DNA of 64,000 nt, taken from NCBI GenBank assembly GCA_002633005.1, contig NMRA01000617.1:132367-196366 (forward strand), in the 5' to 3' direction. This DNA comes from Phoronis australis. Its lineage: Eukaryota; Animalia; Phoronida. Positions 11,873 through 24,260 of this stretch are shown piece after piece. Made by a program: the position numbers and the translations under genes. Each line of letters begins with the position of its first letter. The stretch's first letter is position 1. The notes below the pieces were generated by a model. That model was given only the letters and a program-made list of their open reading frames with translations. It was not told the origin of the DNA and did not search any database.

Positions 11873-14800
11873 TGTAACGAGTCGTGTTTCTTTAGGGATT
11901 CCACATTGATTTGTTGAGATCCCCGCGAAGACTCGCGTAAAATTGCTTCTAAATTAGATTTCTATTATACAAATGAAAACCACTGTATTGTTGCAGAAAC
12001 GATAGGGAATTCAATTTTCCGTTATACGCGCATGTTAAGATTACAATACACACAATAATCAAAAAAGAAAACCAAGCAAATAAGATAGTCACAAAAGCAA
12101 ACATGAGTTTTGTTCAGTTTTATTAAACATAGTGTAAAGAAAAATGTCTACGTCTAGTTAATTAAAGTAGATAATGGAAAAGTTCTTTTGCGCCTTTGGT
12201 CCCTTGAGACATTTCGGTGATTAGCGTTCGCTTCCCTACAGGTCGCCCCCTCTGCCGGCCAAATGGAAACAGAAGCCAACCGGTGATCATGAGTTTCCCG
12301 TTTCTGCAAGCATCGTCGAGCGGTGTGCTTACACACAGGTCAGTATGTATGTGGTCAATGTGACTAATTTGCTTTGGTGGTCTGATTCAAGGTTGCCCTG
12401 TTTTTATCCAAAATTACTCACCACTTCTTAGATACAAAACCAATCACCAGGGACGGAACAAGTGAGATGAAATTAAGAGAGGTATATGTCCTTGGAATGC
12501 AGCTTTATGTGATGAACGCGCATATAATGAAGTTTTTTGTATTTCATAATAGAATTTTTGCATTTGCATGGCCCACTTTTACAAAAAATAAATTCTTCTG
12601 GAAATGTCTCGTCATTGACAGAATTTTGAAACGCATGGTTTCATTTCAATCATTCACTTTACTATTTATCCCGCCTTTGTTCTTCATGTTAATATCCGTC
12701 AAGAAGCGTGTTTCATCGCGAAATGAAGTAAGGCAAAGGTACAAGCGTATACTGTTATGCTTGGCAATGCTCAATGGTACTTATCAGTCCAAGACTCCAG
12801 GGAATTGGGCCGTTATCTTATTAACTTAGACAAATACACCCGGCGATTGATTTACACGGTACTAACACACTACCTTTATGTAAATGCTTTTCTCGGCTAT
12901 AAATATACCGAAATAAATGCTAGTTGTTATTTATGGTATTCTAAAACGCAAATGAAGTTGATTGATTCTTTGATCATTAAAGAATGAATAAAAATATCAA
13001 TAATTTCCACGTTATACGACGATTAAAGGATGCGCGGTAGATTGAAAAAAATATTTAATAAATGGTCCAATTCATGAAAAAACGTATAAAAATTTGAAAC
13101 ACTGAACCCTAGTTAAACAATGTCTTTGGGATTTGAGGGTACTACATCAAGAACACACTAAATCGATGCACACACCTTCGTGTTATGTCACTCACCCAAG
13201 GTAAACGAGCATCAACTTGAACAACAGGACGATTCCAGCTGCTAATCATTTCCCAGGTCATTCCCGGACTATCTTTTTACAACAAACATCCAAACTAATA
13301 CTTGCACAATGATCCTCACGCAGGGAATTTCCGTTTCAAAGCATCATACCTGTACCTATATGTACAGCGTCACTTTTCTATATTTTTCTTCCGGTTATTT
13401 TTCATCTTTGGAAACAGCTTAATGCGCACATTTCATCTTTACAAAACCAGTAGCGGATGTAGGAGGCTCAAAGGTGCTATGGCCCACCCTAAAATTTCCA
13501 TGTAAGTAGCCATAGCCAAGTCAACATGTGGATAGTGAAGGCATTTCCTACTAAAGACCCGTGTTTTCTTAATATCTATAACGAATCTTGACGTTTTCAA
13601 ATTCCCATTCCATTGAGAAAGCAAATAAATGCATGGTATCAAAATATAACTATTTTTATGCAGGAATTCCGCCCTGCTAAACTTTCCTTCTACACCATTT
13701 GTAGCATTGAGCTAATCAGGTGCAAGTTGTCCTAGGTGCAATTTGTGCCCGACGCAGGAAATTGTTTCTCTATCCAAATTCAAAAGCTAAACTTTAGTTA
13801 TTTTAACAAAAAGGTATAATTCGTGGGGCTCTTGTGGAGCTTTAGATAGTCTGTGCGCCGAAGCGACAGTCGTGTATTGCGTTGTGTTGTGCTATTGTCG
13901 CAAAAACTCCAAATTCGAACTCTACAGGAGACATCAACAAACGCATGTGCAATAATTTTGTGTACGTAATTCGCTTGTGCTCACCAAGCGTTTCAAAACT
14001 GTATGGTTTCATTACCTGATTAAAAATGTCTCATTGAAAAAAAATATGTATTGAAATACTATCAGTGTTAACGATGTTTTAGCAGTTACCAGAAACGACT
14101 GTCACGTGACAACGCGTTTTTCTCACGTTGACTACATAAAGATGTACTGACCAGTCAACCTGACACCCCGACGTCAAATTCCTGGATCTGCCTTTGGGGC
14201 ATACGTAGAAAATAGGTTTCAATGTCTACCAACACAGGGAAAATTTCGCACTATAAAATAACTTTCATACAATATATGATGTGATGAATCTTCATGATTT
14301 TTATCGCTCTGATCTTGGAAATGAGGTCAAGGGTCGACAAAATCGCCTGCTCCCTGGAGATGCCCCAACTTCAACTCGTATAAACGCAAACAAAACGCAA
14401 AAACTTTCTTCTGGAGATATCCAGCCAACAACATTTTACAATGCGAGCTGTTAAAGGGGAAGGCAATCGTTTTAAATGTCATTTGTAGTTAAATTACGAT
14501 TTTTGGTTGTCCTAGAAAATTATTAAAGTTAATTGAACTCCCCGATTCTGATAAATTATGCATGTGTCAAACCGGAAGTGACGTTCGCGACCCGAGTCAT
14601 TCCCCGCTACCTTTGGTTACATTCACTTCGGACTGTGCTTGACATCAGAGTAAGTCAGATTGTTACAAGTTACACCCTTGTTTGCCTTTCAGTGTGCCTG
14701 GACGTTGCTGCGTACTGAGATGCAAGCAAAGAGTACATAGATTTTGTGTTACAAATTTCCAGTCGTGGGTGACAACGTCCGTTGAGTTGGCTCGTTTGTG

Positions 14801-15044
14801 TCAAGAATTCAGCGTTGCCTGTTCACGCCAAGTGTGAAGCGGTGCAAAACTACCCTGTGCGCGCCAAACATTACTTATCGTCGGATTACGAAAAGCACAT
14901 GCACACAGGGATTATGAAGGTAGGCTACCTTCTAAACATGTTCTGGAAAAGGGGGCTGTGCAGTTGATATTTTTGTTCGCTGCTCCGTCGCCAGCTCCTA
15001 GGACTGCTTTTTGAAACGCGAAGCTTTGCAAGTTGCACTGTAGT

Positions 15045-15173
15045 TGTAGGAATCACACAATTATAAGTGAATAAAATACTATATTGAAGCAGACACTTGA
15101 TGTTGGAATAACTGAAAACGAGACTAAACTGCAGTGACTTAACAAATCGTTATAACTGATAGGTGGCACCACA
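15045..15173 (-). repeat. 3' LTR (129 bp) of the Gypsy element
   Basis: Minus strand TGTGGTGCC...TTCCTACA, preceded by the polypurine tract GGAGGGAGGGGGG (~15189-15177). Confidence 0.92.
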
Positions 15174-17413
15174 GTACCCCCCTCCCTCCAAGCGGAAGAC
15201 TAAGTCAAATCCGAAGTGGGTGGAGAATCACGAAAACGCACTGGCAAGCGCGAAACGCGACCAGAACAAGTAACAGTAGAAGGTTGATATGCAGCATCAG
15301 ACGTCGACGGCACAGGTCGGTCGGTGCCATGGAGTCAAGGGGAGCTGCCGGCGAGGGGAGCACTAATGGCGTAGTGGCATCGGGATCGTGTGAAGGTGTC
15401 ACCCGAGAACGTGAACTCGGTGACATAATGGGCTTTGAGACGATCAACAGAAACCGTCTGCTCGCGACTCTTAATGTCAAGCGTGTAGAACGTGTCGATT
15501 TGTGTTGATTATGCGATACGGGCCATCGTAGGGGCGATGGGTCAATCGCCATGGAAACTAGGGAGCGTGGACTGCACAGTACGCATGGTGTGTTGTAGAT
15601 GCTTTAGGAAAATTGAGTCCGGCTCCATCGTACGAGCGTCGAACGGCTGAAGAAACTCGCCCGGTAAGTGGAGAGGCGACCCATACACAAGCTCAGCGGG
15701 AGAACAGCCGGGATCCACCCGCCAGGACGAACGTATCCCCAACAAGATCAGTGGTAGTTCTGCAAACCAGTGCGGGCTACATGGTAGTGCGCGCCTTGAG
15801 GGATGCCTTTAGGGCGCGGTGAAAACGTTCTATCATCCCATTCGCCTGTGGGTGATATGCAGTTGTGGTTTGAGTTGTAACACCCAAAAGCTTGTTGCAT
15901 TCATTCCAAAGCGCCGAAATGAACTGAGCACCGCGATCAGACGTGATGTCACACCAAAGCGGGAAATCCAATGATGGACAAGAGCAGCCGCTCAGGACGA
16001 AGCTTGGGCGTCAGGAAGAGGTATGGCCTCGGGCCACCGGGTGAAACGGTGAATGATCGTGAAGAGATAGGCCATGCCTTGGCTCGCTGGCAGTGGGCCA
16101 ACAAGATCCACGAGGAGACTGCAAACTTGAAACCTGGCTGCCGGAGTGGGACGCTCTACCAAAGGTGCCTGGGTGTGTCGATGTATCTTGGAAGATTGAC
16201 AAGCATGGCACTCTTTGCACCACCGCCGTATATCGCGTTTCATACCACGCCAGACAAAACGCTGGGTGACAGCCTGCTGAGTAGGGCGAACACCAGCGTG
16301 AGACAACCCATGAATACGATCAAAAACAGCAAGTCGAGGGCAACACAGGTCGGGGTGTGCCAGTGGACGTATCATAAAGCAGGGTCGAGGTGCCAAACGG
16401 AATATCTTGTAGATCAAGGCCCTTTGTAGCGGTAGACTGGTCTTGGTCGTGAGGCAGCTCGCTGAAGTCACCAACAGAAAAGATGCGAGGGTCACTGGAT
16501 ATGCCGTTGATGTCGAAACGGGATAGTGCGTCAGCCACCACGTTAAACTTGCCTTTAAGGTGTCGGATGTCCGAAGTGAAATCGGCTATAAAAGCGAGGT
16601 GCCGTGCCTGACGTGGGGAACGCTCACTGCCGCTGTTCAATGCTGACACTAAAGGCTTGTGGTCAATGTATAACGTAAAAGGTCGGCCCTCTAAAAAATG
16701 CCTGGGCCCGGTCTCCGATCTTTTTTACTCGAAACGGAACTCGAAATTAGATTTGTCATTTTCTACTCTACTTTTGGGCGAAGGTCAGGCGAAGAGGTTC
16801 CAAATATTCGTCATGCGAGCGGCTGGCCACCAAGATGTCATCAAGGTAGACAAAAGCGAACGAAATGTCCCTGAAAATACCATCCATAAGGCGTTGGAAA
16901 GCATGGGCAGCGTTCTTGAGGCCAAAGGGCATGCGAAGAAATTCCCATAATCCAAAAGGTGTGATTATTGCAGTTTTGGAACCAGAAGACGGCGCCACCG
17001 GAATCTGATGATAGCCCCGAACCACTGATAAATTTCTTGGAGAAAACGTGGCATCCGGTCAGATGGTTGTTGAAATCATGAATATGTGGTAACGGGTAGT
17101 CGTTAAGAGCGTTAATACGTATCGTGAGAGCAGTGGGACGTTTGTCACCAAGGCCATTGAGGTTCAAAAGCTCAGAGTCCTTCTGAGCCTGGGACTTTCC
17201 AAAAGCGTTAATTAGAGCGGACTTCAATGCGGCGCTATACTTGTTTGTGAGCGATGGGTGGAGGAGAATAGCCTGAACTTCGTCGGCTGTGTTAACATCA
17301 AGGGCACTCACCACATAATCATATTTTGTTTGGTCCTGTATAACCAACCCCTTTGGTTCCAAACTGAGCCTCGACTTTGGCGAACCAAACTTCGGGCGAT
17401 TTTGTCCGGCAAC

Positions 17414-18349
17414 TAGGCAATGACCATCGCCTCTGTTGGCCCGAACCAGAGGCGATGTAGAGGCTATAGGCGCTCTGTACGCCGGAAGCTTTTCGGCGAA
17501 TTATGCCTCGCACCGACTAAACCATCAAAGTCACGTTGTTATAAATACCTTTTGCGCATAGAGGAACACCTTAGGAGGTTGTCGATGTGTTTAAGTCCTT
17601 CCAACTCGAACAAATACTCCCGTTATGAAACTTTTTCTTCGAGCAGTCCCTATTTCAGTTCCCAAAATCGTGAAATCAAAATTTTTGTACTGCGCACGCT
17701 CCAACTTTTACCGCGCTCGCTAGGTGATGTGACTTCATAACCTCAATAATTTTTAAATAGGCCAAAGGTGAGCCATTGCGGTCTTGTCAGTCAAATGTTC
17801 GTTTCCAAAATGCCACCACTTTTACTTGTCTTTAATTGGCGTTACTTGAAACTGTTTGTATTTCAATGAATTATTGTTTGTATTTGATAAGAATAAATGC
17901 TGTTGATATGACATTTAAAAGTCTTTGTGCACATATTTGACATTTTAATGTTTAACAACACGGCAAATGCACGGCTGGTTCCCGGCAGCACGTACGCAAA
18001 GGGCGGGAACTTCAGCTTTCAAAGTTCGCCGGTAGGATCGCACTTTCTGACCTTCGGCCTGGTTAAAAAAATGAAAATTTTGATTTCACGATTTTGGGAA
18101 CTGAAATAGGGACTGCTCGAAGAAAAAGTTTCATAACGGGAGTATTTGTTCGAGTTGGAAGAACTTAAACACATCGACAACCTCCTAAGGTGTTCGTCTA
18201 TGCGCAAAAGGTAGTTATAACAACGTGACTTTGATGGTTTAGTCGGTGCGAGGCATAATTCGCCGAAAAGCTTCCGGCGTACAGAGCGCCTATAGCCTCT
18301 ACATCGCCTCTGGTTCGGGCCAACTTACAGAGGCGATGGTCATTGCCTA
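17414..18349. mobile_element. Non-autonomous long-TIR (foldback, Mutator/MULE-like) DNA transposon nested in Gypsy gag
   Basis: ~270-bp near-identical inverted repeats (TAGGCAATGACC...GGTCATTGCCTA). Perfect 9-bp TSD TCCGGCAAC at 17405-17413 and 18350-18358. Confidence 0.9.
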
Positions 18350-18488
18350 TCCGGCAACTTGATGGAGACCACGTTTACCCGAGTTAATTACATTGCAAGC
18401 GTCTGAAGAGTTGAGGCGAGGTCAGTAGCAAGCTTCGTATCACTATGTCCCTCTGCCATATTAAGTGTTCAATGTTCGAGGTCACCAA

Positions 18489-18623
18489 TTTAGGAATCAG
18501 AAACACACAATTATAAGTGAATGAAATACTATATTGAAGCAGACACTTGATGTTGGAATAACTGAAAACGAGACTAAACTACAGTGACTTAACAAATCGT
18601 TATTACTGATAGGTGGCACCACA
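18489..18623 (-). repeat. 5' LTR (135 bp) of the Gypsy element
   Basis: Direct repeat of 15045-15173 (4 substitutions plus one 6-bp indel by eye). Followed on the minus strand by PBS-like TGGTGACCTCG (18487-18477), resembling tRNA-Trp PBSs. Confidence 0.92.
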
Positions 18624-20224
18624 TAGTAACACAAGGCCACACCTGTGCATGTATGTGTGGACAGTCGCTGTAGCGTAACAACATCAGCAACCAGCACATT
18701 GTCGTGATTCGTGTTTTTGTGAACATTTCCCGACCACTGCAAGTCAAATAATGGCTAAATCTATGATGGTCGGAGAATTCTCGTCGAAAGCTAATAATTA
18801 GAGCAACATTTGGAAAATTGTATACAATCAACTGATGTCAACAATGAATTGCCGCACAAAATTCTGGCAGCAAATGATTCGGATCGCAAAGGTAACTTCC
18901 GGAGTGACGCATGCATAGTTATTTTGAAAATTTATCTAAGATAACCATCGCAATTTAACCAACAATGACGTTAAAACGATTGCTTTCCATTTTAGAGTTG
19001 CATTCTTCACTTTTTACACTCATAAAATCGGTTTCATAATATTCCTTTTCGTGACAGTATTCTATATCCGTTATTAACAAGTACATTGACACTATTAGTG
19101 ACTCAAAAAATCTTCAGAGTATGATGGTGTTGCCCAACCCTAAAATGGCTATGAGTTCAGTTGGTAACAGAAATTAACTACTCAAAAAGTAACATCCCTT
19201 CAGTTTTTTGTTCATAGATTGAATGGTAATGATTGTTTTTGAAAAATTCAAAAATGCACTTGTAGTATAACTCAAGACACACATTCTCATATCAAGTTTA
19301 TTACAAAAACCTCCATATCAATTTTAAAATGAAGCTTTTAAAGCGACTAATCAACTAAATACAAATTTTACAAAGAATACAGATTGCATAACATTGGGGG
19401 TAGTCTTATTGTGCATCAATGAGTCTGTAAGTAAATAAATAGATTATCCGACACTCGTCTCAGGTTTATGACATGGGCAAAACCTCTTGGAAATTTCCTC
19501 AAAATCCCGAGGCTTCTTTTCTCACGTGAACCATAAAAACAACCTTTTTGCCGAAAAACTCGACGTGTGTAAAACTTTCAACCACATGACGCCATTTTTG
19601 TAAAAACACGCTTGCGCAATGTAAAGTAAACTCAGTTACTTTTTGTTAATAGTTTTATTTTAAACTTAACAGTTGTAAATTACATTCAGCTTTCGTAAGA
19701 AATATTCAAGTTATAATTTAATAGTCTTTGAAGTTGTAATGTTAAAAGTTAGGAAATGTTTATCAATAACAGTTAGCAGGTTTTTCCCGCGCGTGAGTAC
19801 TAAACTGACCTTGAGACAGCACAACTAGAGTCTCTTGAGTTTGGGTTCGTCTTCGTTTGAATGAACAAAGATGTGGAATTTGCCGCCAAAGATGAGTCCG
19901 TTTAAGAAGTTGTTTTCATGTCCTTCCGACTGGGAGTACGTACAGTTGCCACAACCAACTTGTCAATCATAACCTAAAGGCTAAGCTCAAATTTCAGCCA
20001 TTTTACGGGAGGTTTGTGATTACCACAATCTGGAAAAAATATTTACAAGTATAAATTGGCGCCTGAGAGATTCCAGGCAAGGTGGTCTTGTGTTTTGCCT
20101 AGTAATTAGCTTTTATAGGGTTCGATAATGTTTATAATGTGTTTGATGTACTTGATTAGATTTCATATTGCTTTACAACTATGTACTGGTTGGTTGGATT
20201 AATAAATGTTTTACTTTCTACGAA

Positions 20225-21060
20225 AAAAGATAGGCATAGTAGAACTTTGGGGGTTCGCAACCGGTAGATTACAGCCAAGGAAGTCACAGAGAGATTGCGA
20301 AGGCAACACCTGGCGTGCGTTCAGTAGACGCTAGGACCTACGCTAGGACCTAGCTAAAACCTAGTCAAAGTCAAGTGTTTTCATTTAAAATACACGGCAA
20401 TATCTCACGTAATCTCGCGAAGTCTTTCTTTTTAGCGAGGTCCTAGCGTTACTGAACGGGAGGCTGAACATTAGCGATCAGACGGTGAGAAACCGCCTTC
20501 TTTCAGCCGAAATAAGAACACGGCCTCTTACAAGGAAACCAGTTGTGACACTTGTCCACCGCCAAACCCGAATGAGATGGTGTAGACAACACGTTCGCTG
20601 GAACCAGCAACAGTGGAGGACCGTAGTGTTCTATGGTGAGTCTCATTTTTGCTTGCAGTCCATATGGACAGGCGGGAGACTGCGTGGAGACAGCGAGGCG
20701 AAAGATTTGGAAACTGTTGCATTACGCACTTGACAACACGTAATGGATGTAGTGTTATGTGTGGGGCGGAATCTCCTTCCACTAGAACTCCACTTGCCCA
20801 TCTACAAGAAAGTATATGTTCAGCGCACTGCTACCGCACTCAGTTTTGGATCTGAAGCCATACCTTTAGTTCGGGCGCTTGGACAAAATGGTATCCTGCA
20901 AGACGACAACGCAAGGCCGCACCATATCTGTAACAACAAGGCATAAAGTGTCTGGAGTGGCCCGGCCTGCAGCAAGTCCTGACCTGAGCCCTGAACAGCT
21001 GTGTGATCAGCTTGGTAGACAAGTGTGTCGTCGTGTCACAAACCAGACGACATTGGACAA
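20225..21060 (+). mobile_element. Tc1-family transposase pseudogene
   Basis: ISDQTVRNRL..RWCRQHVRW..WRTVVFYGESHF (decayed VLFSDESRF), LQDDNARPH, PAASPDLSP; frameshifted. Confidence 0.85.
20313..20463. mobile_element. ~150-bp MITE inserted in the Tc1 remnant
   Basis: TIRs CGTTCAGTAGACGCTAGGACCT / AGGTCCTAGCGTTACTGAACG; possible CTG 3-bp TSD; related inverted copy at ~52626-52715. Confidence 0.65.
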
Positions 21061-21802
21061 GTTTGGTCCATTCCTAGATTTCAATATTTTGGGAGTGCAA
21101 ATTGGCCGCGGCCGCAGCCTAACTGTTCAGTGCCACCTTATATGGGAAATGAAATATGTCAGAATTCTGACACATTTTACGGAAATCGCCGGAATATCAC
21201 GAGTAATATAAAGTTATATACAAGTTTGAAATTTTTTGCAGTATGACATAAAAATGATAAATAACGGTATATTGCAGCAATTTAGGTCTAAATTATTGCA
21301 AAAATGATGTAGGCCTACTTTGATTCGAAAACATAAAATTTCTATGATAGTATTAATAAAAACTAATTGAATATAAGTACGCCAACAACCTTCATTTCAA
21401 TCAATAACCAAACAATGCCTTCTGCTTCACAAATTTTAATGACGTCAAGGGAGCGGCCAATCATGGCGCAGTAATTCCCATAACCAAGCATTAAATGGCT
21501 AATCCGATCACCGTCATCTTGAGGTTTGGGGACAAAGTTGGGTTTAGTCAGGCCGACTTGACATGTTGCTTAGTGGTTGGAAGATCAGTAACAAATTTGG
21601 TGGAATGGTCTTCTGTTCTGTACTTTCCGCACGGTTCAATAGACAGATGATCGAGGTTGAGTTGTGGGAGATTTCTCTACAGGGCGTTTCTTACACAAGC
21701 GTCGTTCATAACTTTTCACAATGATGCTGCTCAGATTTCACACTAAGTCAGCAAATTCTATTTCGCACCAAGTTACTAGGTACGTCGAGGACCTACTAAT
21801 GA

Positions 21803-23760
21803 CAAAAGTTTGGAAATTTGTGTTCACTCGCCCGTATTTTCATCATTTTTGGTTTAATTAAATCATATTACATACCAATGAAAACCCCAGCCATCCCCTT
21901 TTCAACAATACCACATTCCGTCAATAAATATTTATTCTGATTAGTAATTTTGCTGCTAAAGAGGGCTATAGATGGTCCCAATGTTGTTGAATGTTGCAAT
22001 TTCAGTTGGAGCTAAATGTGTATTCAAGTTTTAGTGTTCAGCTTTTTCAATGCCATTTTTTCTGGTTCCATGGTAATTAACACTTATTACAATTTGGCAA
22101 CACTTTATTTATTGAACAACTGACTGATAGACAGTAGTGATAGTCTGACTCGGATAGACATCAATGATCATAGTCTTCTCAGTATGGGGTTGTCGAACGA
22201 TTCGGTCACTACAGCGACACACCTTTTTCGCATGCTGTTTACTACGCTGACGACGCGTTGCTGTGTGATGGCATTCTACTCCTGAGTCATAAGCGCCACA
22301 TTGTGTTGGTGACTCACACACGTACAGCCCGTCCGAGTTGGTCTCACAGGTGTTCGATAGAGTTCAAGTCTGGGCTGCATGCAGACCATTCCATTTGCTG
22401 CAGCCTACTCCTGCGTCAGTGGCACAGATAGTCTGGGCAATCCAAACATAATTTGCATAATTGCGATTCATACTCTCATACTGAGCCTGCTTACAGTAGG
22501 AGTTCCATGCAACCATTCAGGGTCTCACAAACTTGGTGTTTACCCAATACCCCCCCCCCTCCCACCCCCGGTGTTAATCACCAGCACATCACAGGTGGTG
22601 ACACTCCTTAGCAAAAACGGGAATTCGCAACATTCTCTTTGAGACCAAACCTTCTTTAGAAGTAAAGTTACTAAGCATATCAAAATTGTATTGACCAAAT
22701 GGGACATTGTTGTAAAGGACAATGACTGGGCTATCTATTGGTATGCAACATGATTTAAATCATAGTAGGATTTAGGGGGAGGCCCAGGCCCCCCCCTTGG
22801 CTGCCGCAAAAAAATAAAACAGCAAGACCGTAGGGAAATGTTGAGTTTATTAATTAAAACCGGTAATTAAAATTATACGGGTGAAACAACATTTAAATGT
22901 GTGAAGTTTTAGTGTTGGGGGAGGGGGGCTCAGATCCAATTTCAAATGTTAAATTCGGAACACGGCGCATTCGTAACGGAGCTATGGCTAAGTATAGGCT
23001 CTCCCGCGATATCCCAGGCGACCGGCAGTGGCGCTGCCCTCTACGACTCCGTTTCCGTCGTCTGCTTCACTGTGCAATGAAGAAAATTTACTTCATTTTT
23101 TAAAGAAAATGGAACCTGAGTGACGATGAAAAAACGGAAGCTGCTGGTAAGATGTGAATTTTAATCGAAGCCTTAGTGAATCACTCAGAAACTCATAATT
23201 CTCTCTTTCTAAAACCTTAACTTAAGACGATTTCCAAAGCAATCCCGTCATTATTGCCAACACGAAAAACGGATTTGGTCTTTTGGGCATTTGAGGACTA
23301 TTTTAAATACAACAAATTTGTTAAGAACAGATTGCACAAAATGTAAAACGTGTAATAAGCATTACAAAAAGAAGTAGGTTTCGCGCGCAAACGCTGTGGA
23401 CCACAAACAAGTAGGTCTCTTGTTATAAGGTTAGTAGCTAAGCCGTGGTGGTGTAGGTTTTCCTGTATGACACGTTCTCCGTGTTTTTTTTTGCCTGTTT
23501 TTCTTGAATAATATTTCAGGAACCAAGGAAAATGCTTGATTTTTAGATGAAAAAACAGAAAAATTTCCTGGGCGGGAGGGGAGCCCCCATCCCGACCTCC
23601 CCCCATTCGGTGCTATGCGCATCTACAATCGTGGTTTGCGCAAATGCTTACAGCCGGAAAAATTGTTGGCCCCCCCTTGTAATATCCTAGATCCGCCACT
23701 GTAAATAAATCAAAAGTATTGAAAACACGGGCGAGTGAACAAAAATTTCCAAACTTTTGT
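21803..23760. mobile_element. ~2-kb element bounded by ~55-bp inverted repeats, containing a hAT-like MITE at ~22762-23701
   Basis: ACAAAAGTTTGGAAATTTGTGTTCACTCGCCCGT... versus ...ACGGGCGAGTGAACAAAAATTTCCAAACTTTTGT. The inner element ends CCTAGATCCGCCACTG. No clear TSD. Confidence 0.6.
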
Positions 23761-24260
23761 TGAAGTGTTTAGTTGTCTGCCCTGAACCCCATTATCATTG
23801 CAATTCCAGTACAGAATGTCATCAGAAGGCACTAATCTTTGACGTTCTTTCAATAAGCGCTTAACTCCAGGTGACTCGTTGCTGATATCGATAACATTAT
23901 TCCGAAGTATTTCTACCACACGTTTCACTTGAGTGTCTGCTTGGTGGCGACCCAACCAAGATTTGTCGGCACAAAGAAAGTAAGTATTGTGACCGCACCC
24001 GGTGAGTTTCAGATTGCTTTTGGAGAATAGCCTGAGTCATTACTTCTTCTATTCTAACGTTCTGTGGAATGCGACTCATTCCATCAGCAGCCTGTTTGTG
24101 ACCCCCTACAATACCCAACTTTGTTAAAGCTGAAGCATGGCAGACACCAGAGCCACCTGCAGCCTGTGGCATCGACACACTTACTGGTCAGTTGTTGGAC
24201 ACCGGATTATTGTCGGTGACAACATGAAAACGCAGTCTGTGCCATACCCTTGATAAAGAG
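23761..24260 (-). mobile_element. Old Gypsy pol remnant (RNase H to integrase linker)
   Basis: FHVVTDNNP and AADGMSRIP motifs, heavily frameshifted; probably continues at ~21530-21790. Confidence 0.5.

Larger units (their letters stand above)
15045..18623 (-). mobile_element. Gypsy/Ty3 LTR retrotransposon, degenerate and internally deleted
   Basis: Two LTRs (15045-15173, 18489-18623), TAGT 4-bp TSD on both sides, PBS and PPT present. Gag (VSIKLP/PEVWFAKVEAQF), RT (YPLP, GYHQIP, RMPFGLKNA, YLDD), RNase H tail (DHKPL, NVVADALSR) and integrase (HGLSH..CHAC, DLVGP, SDRGAQF, YHPQANGMIERFHR) occur in Gypsy order with frameshifts. Confidence 0.95.
14455..18991 (+). mobile_element. Kolobok-like DNA transposon remnant (internally deleted; host of the nested Gypsy)
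   Basis: TTAA|AGGGGAAGGCAATCGTTTTAA... at left and ...TTAAAACGATTGCTTTCCATT|TTAG at right, with ~120-150 bp of diverged inverted similarity. Frameshifted THAP-like remnant at ~14693-14895 (PGRCCVLRC..KFP..W..PVRAKHYLSSDYE). Confidence 0.65.
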
